DNA from: Macrostomum lignano
Lineage: Eukaryota
DNA: 18,752 nucleotides
Assembly (NCBI GenBank): GCA_002269645.1
Contig: NIVC01005240.1
Coordinates: forward strand, 1 to 18,752
Direction: 5' to 3'
A program made the position numbers and the translations under genes. The notes beneath the pieces are model-generated. The model was not told the origin of the DNA, searched no databases, and saw only the letters and a program-made list of their open reading frames with translations. Positions within the stretch are counted from its first letter, which is position 1. Each line of letters starts with the position of its first letter. Of the stretch, positions 10,065 through 18,752 are shown piece by piece.

Positions 10065-11995
10065 TTCAGTAGCAAGATCGTATTATGCCTTGTCAAAAAC
10101 TAAAAACCTAAAGAGTTTCTATGTATATGTACGAACTTAACTTAATATACCTTTAATATTATATGCTTGATAAGAACTCCACTGTAAGTGTATACACAAA
10201 TAATTGAGTGAGAAAATTGAAACCCATCATCAAATTAGGTTGGCTAACTGCACTTAGACAACTGTTTAATAATGATAACAGTTTATGGATTTGCTACACC
10301 ATATTTTATTTAGTTATTAAGAATTAAATAAGAATTATTTCGTTACTTATTAAAAGTTGCATAGTCAGTAAAATTATTGTACAGTTATAAAAATTTGAAT
10401 GAACAAAGTTTTTCAGAATCAAAAGTTTACTTTAATTCATAAATAAATGTTCCATTTTATTTTAATACTTTCTGTTACTAAAGAAGTTCAATGAGGTAAA
10501 AATGACAAATAGAATTCATAATGATAAAATATATCAAAGTTTTATCCTGCTTTTATATTTTTTCCTATAAAAACAACTATATAATAACCACGCATAAAAG
10601 GAAATAATTAAGATGTTATCATTAGTAATGCGCAATTTATGTGATATAAAAATCGCCACAAAAAATTTAAATAAAAAACCAACTAATGCTATAAAAACAA
10701 CTTCTGTGAGTATAAAAACAAGAAAGGTTAAGTTAGCAACGAACAAACCTTGAGTAGTGATACTGTAGTTAAAGGTCATTTAGAAACTTCTAAATAAAAA
10801 CGTACATGTACATGCAGTGCAACTCTTGTCTTGGAGATGGGGGCGACAAAAACTTAGTTCAATCAGTGACAAATCATGGGATTGAATTCTCTCTAGTAAG
10901 AATTATTCCATATGCTTCTTTCATAACTGAATTATTTTAGTCAGCCATTTGCCTATTGGGTACATGAAAGCTATGGACCAATAAAAAATTATCACGACGC
11001 GATAACTTTTAAAATTCAATCTGCGACCTGCAAAATTAAACGTTTGTTGACATTGGCTCTTTGCGTTTAAACAAATGGAAGGATTTCATACATATTAAAA
11101 GAATCAATTGCACCTTATATGTTAGAAATATCGCTTTTTTATTTTAAATAGAGGAGTAAAAACATCATTAAAAATTAACGAGAGTACCAATCAACTTGTT
11201 TCTGAAATCGTCATAGCCAGCAGTCGCAAAGGCGCGCTGGCCTGCACCTACTTCAAAATCAACGAGCACCATAAGGATTGTCTTGCACTAAGGGCAGTTA
11301 GCCTGCTTGAGGCTCGTTCACACAAATTAAGCCAATAATTTTGTGATCACACCTGCCTACATGTACATATTTTCATCCCTAGGGCTGTGAAAACGCAGTG
11401 GCGCGGTAGCTGTTTAGCACCAGCCAGGCATCTATTTAGGGGGGGGGGGTCACCTGTTAGGCAGCTGGTGCAAATCTTTCCTTCACGGATGCCACATGTT
11501 TGAGCGCATTCTGTTATTACTCGTAGTAAAGTCTCTTTGCTTGGATATGTTGTACATGTGATATGTATATTATAAACTGAGGCAATATTGCTTACTGAAC
11601 TTCTGCAAGGGTAAAAAATGACAGTAACGCTTCTGATTGGTATAGTTGTATTTTAGTCCTTCAAATCTGAACTGTTTATTTAAAATCCAAAAAATATCGC
11701 GTCAATTGCACGTTAATTCCCAATTGCTTACTGTAAGTGAGTAGGGGGTCCTTCTAGAAGTACATGTAGATAGTAAAAATATCTGGAAATCTGCAGACAG
11801 CCGAAGTGACCGCGAAACAGACCGTACGTTATAGTGAAACACCCCTTGAATGCTGGTTCTGTAGCCAGCTGCTTACAGCAATGTAACTGACTTGCATTCA
11901 GATGGATAAGCTGTTGGTAGGAATGTTTGGAGACCTGAGTACATTGGACGTCTAACATTAGATTGAATCGTTTTCTAAGTCTGCTGGCACCCAGC

Positions 11996-12922
11996 TTAGC
12001 ACAGCTGGATCAAAGCGGCAATTTCAGAGTCGCTCAGAGCTCTCTCTGACACTCCGAAGCATCTCATGAAGCCTTGGAACACGCGTTTGTGATCGGCATT
12101 GCGGCTGACGGCTCCGATCTGCACGCTGCTGCCGAAGTCCGCGCACGAGGTCAAAGCGGTGGCCGAGCCGCTGGTGGCCTGTCGAGTTCCGTTGACGAGG
12201 ATCCTGACTTCCGGTGTCTGCTTGTCGTACACCGCGGCGATGTGGGTCCAACCGCTGGCCGTGTCGGTGGGTCCGGACACTCGGACCTTGAATGCAACGG
12301 TGAACTCGATGTCGGTAGTTGTAGGATGAAGCCAAAACCGAGTGTGGTATGAAGAAGGCATTGTGAGGCCCTCCAGCAGAGGCATCGAACCTCTCGCTGG
12401 GTTGGTGACCTTGACCCACACTGACATGGTGAGGCTGGTGAGACACACCGAAGTCAGCTCGTCAATGTTGAACCGCTCTGACACACCCGACTGACCAGTG
12501 AAGTTGACGGCGCTGTCCGTGTACTGCATCGGGATGTTCTCCTGCAGGTCGAGATGGCCGCTGTTCGAGACCGCATTGCGAGTCCGAGTGACGTTGCTCA
12601 TGGGCCAGAAGGCGACGAGGCCGAGCTGGCGCAGGGCGCTCCACGCCTGGCAGTCGGTGTCGTTCGTCAGACTGGCGGTCTGGAGGCTGTCCGACATGTT
12701 GCAGACGCCTGCGCGGTGGCTCCAGGCGATGCAAGGACGACGGAGCTGAGAGCACAGGAAGGCGCACATGCGGGCGCTCGAGGCCGCCAGCGAGTGCTGC
12801 GGAGTCTGCGGCACCACGCAGCCGCCGAGCGAGATGCTGCTGTGCATGGTTCCATTGCCGCAGTGCACCAGGAGTGGCAGCAGCATCGCCGCAGTCAGTC
12901 CAGTTAAGATGCTGGAACTCAT
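11996..12922 (-). CDS. Intronless secreted protein: signal peptide + PAN/apple-like domain + LamG3 / concanavalin A-like lectin-glucanase domain (308 aa)
   Basis: Hydrophobic N-terminus; Cys pattern GGC...SARMCAFLCSQ...CIAWSH...VCNMS; LamG motifs GLVAFWPM, SLTMSVWVK, GWTHIAAVYD, VRILVNG, VQIG and FQGFMRCFGVSERALSDSEI. Confidence 0.88.
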   Translation of the reverse strand: MSSSILTGLTAAMLLPLLVHCGNGTMHSSISLGGCVVPQTPQHSLAASSARMCAFLCSQLRRPCIAWSHRAGVCNMSDSLQTASLTNDTDCQAWSALRQLGLVAFWPMSNVTRTRNAVSNSGHLDLQENIPMQYTDSAVNFTGQSGVSERFNIDELTSVCLTSLTMSVWVKVTNPARGSMPLLEGLTMPSSYHTRFWLHPTTTDIEFTVAFKVRVSGPTDTASGWTHIAAVYDKQTPEVRILVNGTRQATSGSATALTSCADFGSSVQIGAVSRNADHKRVFQGFMRCFGVSERALSDSEIAALIQLC

Positions 12923-13384
12923 GCCTTGGTGACGCTGTAGACTCGTTCTTGCTTTTAAATCAGTTTTGACAATTGCAATGCAGCTGCAGACTGAAGCTTC
13001 TCAGCAGCTTTTTGTATTTTAATGCTTTCCCTCTGCTCTTGTGTTGCTCTAGTTGGCTAAGGCTGCCTTTTTGAGCCTGAATCTCCCATTGGAGAAAAAT
13101 GAGGAAGAAAATGAGCCAGCCTCCCAATTGAGTTGCTTGGCGAGTTCAAACTCGCTGTCTGAATGACAGAAATTTCGTCTGAAGACAGTGGCCGGCTACC
13201 ATGACACAGCGAATGCAGTAATAGTGAAATTCTGGTCAGGACCCATTGTCTTGCTCGAATTCTCAAGCCCAAGAATAAATGCCCAACTTCTGTCGCCACC
13301 CTTTGTCAAAATTAGCTCGTAGCATGTAGCATGTAGGAAAGTATTTTAGCCTGTCGCAAACAACTCACCCTCCAATTAGCATTG

Positions 13385-13590
13385 ATTCACCCACCACTGA
13401 CTCCCTGATTAATCCATGATTCACCCACTATTCACCCCCTGATTAATCCATGATTCACCCACTATTCACCCCCTGATTAATCCATGATTCACCCCACTAT
13501 TCACCCCCTGATTCATTCATGATTCACCCACTATTCACCCCTGATTAATCCATGATTCACCCACTATTCACCGCCAATTCATCCATGACT
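13385..13590. repeat. Minisatellite of about 6 x 34 bp (CTGATTAATCCATGATTCACCCACTATTCACCCC)
   Basis: Directly visible tandem copies with degenerate ends. Confidence 0.92.
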
Positions 13591-14100
13591 CACATTTTAA
13601 AAGCCTTCAATTCCATATTATCTAGACTTTTGTGCTCAAACTTGCCATAAAAACGACTATACTAATTGTCACTATGTCAGAAGCATTATGAGAAATGAAC
13701 AAAGCTAATCAGATTAAAGAAAAAATAAGATCATATTTGTTATTACAATCATAATGTTCTTTTCAAATTCCATTCGTGCAGTGAGTGTCTGATTGCTCAC
13801 ACACAGCAGACAATGTGAGACCGACAGGGACACTTCCCAGCAACACCAATGCAGCCAGGACTCACGTCCCACGATGCATAGGGGCTGCTGAGCACCGTCT
13901 CGTGGGATGAAGACCAGCAGCTGGTGAGCGAGCAGGTCCTTGGCAGCCAGTGCAGCGCAATGCAGCACATCGCTGGCTTGGCTGATGGAGGAGACGAAGA
14001 ATTGCCGGACTCGACCTCACGACTATAGCTTTTCGATCTACTTGACAGCACTACTGGCCTTACCTGCCCGACACTGGGATTTTACAGTCAAAATTTTGCT

Positions 14101-14375
14101 TGTCCCTGTCCCAGTCCCAGTCCATGTCCCTGTCCCAGTCCCTGTCCCTGTCCCTGTCCTAGTCCCTGTCCCAGTCTCTGTCCCCAGTCCCAGTCCCAGT
14201 CCATGTCCCTGTCCCAGTCCCTGTCCCTGTCCTAGTCCCTGTCCCAGTCTCTGTCCCCAGTCCCAGTCCCAGTCCCAGTCCCTGTCCCAGTCCCTGTCCC
14301 AGTCCCGTCCCAGCCCCAGTCCCTGTCCCTGTCCCAGTCTCTGTCCCCAGTCCCAGTCCCAGTCTCAGTCCCTGT

Positions 14376-14406
<31 letters not shown>
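14101..14406. repeat. Hexamer array (TGTCCC/AGTCCC)n
   Basis: About 50 hexamers alternating TGTCCC and AGTCCC, with minor variants. Confidence 0.95.
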
Positions 14407-16018
14407 ACTGGCTTTTTTCCTTATACGAAAGTGTAAGGAAAACTCCTGACTCCTTGTACGAAAGTGTAATCTTTGTCGAACATTCTCCATATGGTGATAA
14501 ATGAGATAAATTATAGTATTATGAAATTAGGGGACTAGTGCTCGATATGACTTCCTCTCATCCCCATCACGATTGCAGCTTCAGCTTAATAGTATTGATG
14601 AAGAAAGATCACTGTGAATGGAATTAACGAGACTGAGTTATTCTATTTGTACAGCCTTTGCGAATCCTACAAAAATAAAGTTGACGCGGACAGACAAAAA
14701 TCCATGTGTTGATGGACAAACACAAGTAGAATTAAAGGTGAAAGCTTTGAACACTTATTAATAGTGCAATAACGAATCAATCTATTCTAGGCAGTTTCAT
14801 TATTTGGTAAAATCATATATTAGATAATTTTATTGGGTTAGCATAAAAGTTGAGTCAAAGTACTTACTATATAGGGCTTAGAAATTCGGCAGAATAAACT
14901 TAAATAGAAACTAAAGCTTAGAGACAGAAAGAAAGGCAAAGATAGAGGAAATTTGAGCGTTCGTTGTGCCAAAGAATAAAAACAATAGTGCCCAGCAACA
15001 CAATTGTGCCCAGCAGCGCAAGACGAAGCTCTTGGGGAGGAGCTGCGGGCACGCCCAGGACCGACGCCCAACCCCGAGTGGCGTGGCAACCGAGGGATGG
15101 ACGCGCGGACCGCGGCCCGCACAAGAGAACAGCAAAAGAACTTGGACTGAACCTCTCCCAGATACTCCAACGCAACCAGAGTATGTGTACTGTAAAACTG
15201 AGGAGCCTAACCGCCTAACCCTCGCCCCCGTAGCAACCAATGCAGGTCTAGAGTTAGTTCTCATGCTCTATTTGTATAAACCCTGCCATTGTTAACCATG
15301 TGAGATCCCACCCCATAGACCGCATGGGACGAAATTCGATCTCTTCTCCGATTCTTTTTTCTCAGTTTGCTTACACAATTCAGTCTGCAAGTTTTTTGAG
15401 TTCAAGTTTAATTACAGAAAATAGAGCCAACCGCGGCGATCTCAATTGTGAGACTACAGAGCACGGCAGAAGACATCGATTTAGTGGTAGACTGATATTA
15501 GTTCTTCTCATTTATCGGATTACTCGTATAAGTACATATAGTAAGCAGATTTACTTTTACTTTTACTAGTTGAAGGTAGCATGCATGTACCGATGTACTG
15601 CGGCAATTTTTGTAATAAAATTTTCGAAATGCTGTTATGAATCAGTGATTGTACGGGCATTCAATTCTGTAACGGGTGTCTAAAATACTGTACAGCCTGC
15701 CGATCTGCCATTTATTACAAGACTGGATGACACATTCGCTTCATTGCTGCGATACATGCCTTCTGTTTACTTTAATTCAGCTTTTTAGAAGCGTCTATAT
15801 GACATGACAAGTTACACCACAAGATTTGTACCTCTGTATCAAATACGATCGTAATTAAGACTGGATAACTAACACGTCATTAAATATTTGTAGTTGAAAT
15901 ATTTTACACAGTAAAACATCTTACTAATACCCGTCAATTAAGGCTTATCTTAAATAATTATATTTCTGAGCTTCCAAGTTAACACGATATGAGTAGGGGA
16001 AAAAGCGCAAATGAAAAT

Positions 16019-16565
16019 CTACTTGACAGAACGCAGCCGCCACAGGCCGTCATTTAAACAGTGCACAGTCTCGATGCCAACTCCTTTGTTCTTGCTGGCA
16101 ATCTCGTCCGCGCTCATCGCCGTCAAGCCGATTGCTAACGCGTGCTGTTTGCCTTCGGCCATGACGGCAACAACTGTGCTAGCTGGCACCTGGGACAGCC
16201 GGCCGCCAGGCGTGGTCAGGCCCGGGCACATCACATTGGACCCGTTCAGCAGGAATTTGATAGCGCCCTTGTCCGCCTGCATGTGCGGCAGCATGAACGG
16301 ATATCTGTGCAGCAGTTTCAAGCTGGGATACAGCGGCGAGTCGCGCTGCCTGAAGAACAGCACCTCGCCAGCCGGGTTGGCGTACAGCTCGATGTGCTCG
16401 TGGCATTTGACAACGCTGAGCGTTTCCTTCTTGGGTAGAATCTGGTCAACGTAATCTGCGCATCCGGATACTGCGTCAGATGGTGTTTCTGATACCCTTC
16501 TGGACACTGTTCTTGGCGTTGTTTACGGACGAGATGTTCTCTTTGTCGTCGAATTTGCGAAACAT
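16019..16565 (-). CDS. MCTS1: MCTS1 / MCT-1 (Tma20) PUA-domain translation re-initiation factor; intronless, with two apparent 1-nt deletions near codons 29-34
   Basis: The N-terminus MFRKFDDKENISS...VQKGIRNTI from ATG 16565 and the downstream QILPKK...KCHEHIE...FFRQR...YPSLKLLHRYP...DKGAIKFLLNGSNVMCPGLT...MAEGKQHAL...LNDGLW match MCTS1. Restoring 2 nt gives 182 aa. Confidence 0.93.
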
Positions 16566-16659
16566 GGCTGTGGGAAGGTTGCAGTGATTTGTTTAAATTA
16601 TTATCAAGCAAGACTGAATATAAGTAGAAACGAAAGTAGTAAGTTCGTAGCTCTTAACG

Positions 16660-16835
16660 CTGCTACCTACACCTGCCTCCCTTTACACTGCTACCTACAC
16701 CTGCCTCCCTTCACGCTGCTACCCTACACCTGCCTCCCTTTACACTGCTACATACACCTGCCTCCCTTTACACTGCTACATACACCTGCCTCCCTTTACA
16801 CTGCTACCCTAAACCTGCGTCTTTAACACTACTAC
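16660..16835. repeat. Minisatellite of about 6 x 28 bp (CTGCTACCTACACCTGCCTCCCTTTACA)
   Basis: Directly visible tandem copies. Confidence 0.92.
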
Positions 16836-16844
16836 CATGCTTGG

Positions 16845-16996
16845 GCGCAACCTAGGGATTCACCCGGCCGTTTCTATTGGCAACACACACATGTAAGCCG
16901 CTATTGGACGGAATAGTAGTCACGCGACTGCTCTCAGCCAATAGCGACTTACATGTGTTGCCAATAGAAACGGCCGAGTGATTCCCAAGGTTGCGC
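16845..16996. repeat. Long inverted repeat (arms 16845-16907 and 16938-16996, 30-nt spacer)
   Basis: GCGCAACCTAGGGATTCACCCGGCCGTTTCTATTGGCAAC(ACAC)ACATGTAAGCCGCTATTGG matches the reverse complement of the right arm with 4 mismatches and one 4-nt indel. Confidence 0.93.
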
Positions 16997-17595
16997 ATGT
17001 ATGACTACTAACCTACATTTTCCACCCTTACTACCTACTACCCGACTACAGCTCCCTCACACACTAGCTTTCAGAACTGCACAATCCTTCACGTTCTGTA
17101 CATATTTAGTTTCTGTTACGGGCCTTGCATTTTTCTATCCTCTATCCTAATATGCCTTAAATTTATTGAAAGTGACAGAATGTTCTCAGGGTGTAATCAA
17201 ATCACGAATATCATGATTTCAAGATCATATTACGTATTTGTATTTAATAAACTCTTTAAATGCATGAAACAGCGAAAACAGAGAAAGACCGTTTGTTAGC
17301 AAGCGTATAGGCTCAGTAAATAAATATATTATAACAGAAATTAGTTACAATTTGCTGTCAAAATTTGACTTTAATCAAATCAAATCAAATAAAATGTCTA
17401 TCACAATTGTTTTGTAGAGCCGGATAATATAAAAAAGGAAATCTCCAGAAGCAATTTCGAGGCTCTGAAATGTAAAGAGAAGCAAGTGACGCTTAAAAGT
17501 TACCCAGCTTAATCCTGTAGTAACAGACCTAGTAGATATTTGCTATCATTCAGAGAGAAGATTAGAAACCATTCATAGACCTAACAATAGTCAGG

Positions 17596-17754
17596 CTCAT
17601 ATGGTTGATCCAGGAAATGTCTCATCATTGATGTACAGCTGGTTAGTAGGATATTGGAAAGGGGCAATAAATCAGAGAGAAGTTTAAAAAACGCAATTCA
17701 TTTAGCCAATAGCTACATTGACTCATATGGTTGATCAAAAAATGTCTCATCATT
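17596..17754. repeat. Short dispersed direct repeat (2 x about 34 bp, 126 bp apart)
   Basis: CTCATATGGTTGATC-N5/6-ATGTCTCATCATT at 17596-17629 and 17722-17754. Confidence 0.7.
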
Positions 17755-18752
17755 TTACAACGTGAACTCCTGATTTATTGGGTTAGAAATAGCATTGTCT
17801 CACCTCAAAGCTGCAGATCTTAACGCACAAACTGGAGTTGATTGAACTCCTGCAAAAATAAAATGGTAAATTAACAATCAGACAATAAAAGGTCTGGCAC
17901 ACTACTTAAATGAGCTAATTTGCATAGTTATAATTGACAGTAGTCAGATAGGGGCGCTTGTCTGCACATTTGAGAACTAAGAAAGACTAATCCATATAAA
18001 TCATCATTACATGTGGTAGAGTAGCTTGCTTAAGAGTTCAGAATCAAACAACTGATAAGAGACGCTTACCTGCGAAAAAAAATTGAATTCGACATATTTT
18101 GAAGCAATCAGCCGCATTCGCTGCTGAAAAGATTTAATTGATTGACTTAAACAATAGTAGCTTATTATTTGCGCATTTTACTAGAGTCCTAGAAATGATT
18201 TCTCAGGTATATCTAATAACAGTCCGCATTTATGTTATTTACATCGGACAAGAGGTGTCAAATTGTTTTTGTCATCATGTAGCTAATTAAAAAAGCAATC
18301 TGATTTAAAAAAACTAGAGGCTAGTTATATTAAAAACAATTCAGAACCCAGTGCTATCATCACATTGTCAATAATCAGGTCAAAGTGAAGAATTCTGAGT
18401 TATCATCACGGATTCTTAATATAACATAAGCCTCTACAGAAGGTCCTACTGATCTTACCTTGCTAAATTAGTTGCAGCACTAGCCAGCCAAGCAAGAATA
18501 TGTACTAAAATTTTGAGAGGAAAGTGACTACTTAAAGTAATTGAAAAAAATGCCTAAGATAGTAGCGTAAAATACTATAATTAGTAATAAAGTCAGATTA
18601 GGGATATTTTTTAATCACAACTGGAGTTTTCTAAAACATTATCATAGTAGGTAAGGAATTATTCATCACTAATTAGTTTCTGGTATACAAATTATAGATT
18701 TATTTAATTATATTACGAGCATATTGGCAGTCACTTACAAGTAAACTGAATC

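Noticed and set aside
11396-11460. CAGTGGCG followed by a G-run, resembling the MITE terminus
   Set aside because: There is only an 8-nt match, with no partner TIR or TSD found.
11728-11958. Peptide LFRGHFGCLQIS resembling the LamG C-terminal strand (possible second degenerate domain)
   Set aside because: The similarity is short and by eye only. The region is better explained as the 3' flank shared with the pseudogene.
13940-14449. Pro/Val/Ser/Gln-rich 169-aa ORF
   Set aside because: It is mostly the hexamer array and starts at TTG.
14840-15295. Overlapping short ORFs including a hydrophobic stretch; TATA- and AATAAA-like motifs suggesting a solo LTR
   Set aside because: There is no recognisable homology, no TG...CA termini with TSD, and no consistent codon signal.
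16470-16482. Programmed +1 frameshift at AUC UGA C in MCTS1 (antizyme/RF2-like)
   Set aside because: One +1 shift would reach the downstream frame but gives TI-DAVSG and skips the conserved L.Q[YF]PG, which is encoded in the third frame. Two base losses explain the data better.
17800-18530. Scattered ankyrin-like peptide fragments (ADLNAQT, AALASQARICTKIL)
   Set aside because: They are interrupted by many stops, lack 99-nt periodicity, and are compatible with chance in AT-rich DNA.

Overview
Eukaryotic animal genomic DNA: GC-rich exons, GT-AG introns, AT-rich spacers and many tandem repeats. The style fits a Macrostomum-like flatworm, but this is inference only. All recognisable genes lie on the minus strand. 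(1) A spliced hillarin/KY-type transglutaminase-like gene spans about 625-7359. Its introns are almost filled by three different tandem repeats, and it has an apparent 1-nt frameshift near the C-terminus. (2) An intact intronless gene for a secreted PAN/apple + LamG (ConA-like) protein lies at 11996-12922. A mosaic pseudogene copy about 3.3 kb away (8820-9545) is broken by microhomology-flanked deletions. (3) MCTS1 (16019-16565) is intronless and lacks two single bases. Also present: a 187-bp hAT-like MITE with a perfect 8-bp TSD, a 152-bp palindrome carrying four CCAAT boxes upstream of MCTS1, and several mini- and microsatellites. No RNA genes or CRISPR arrays are supported.
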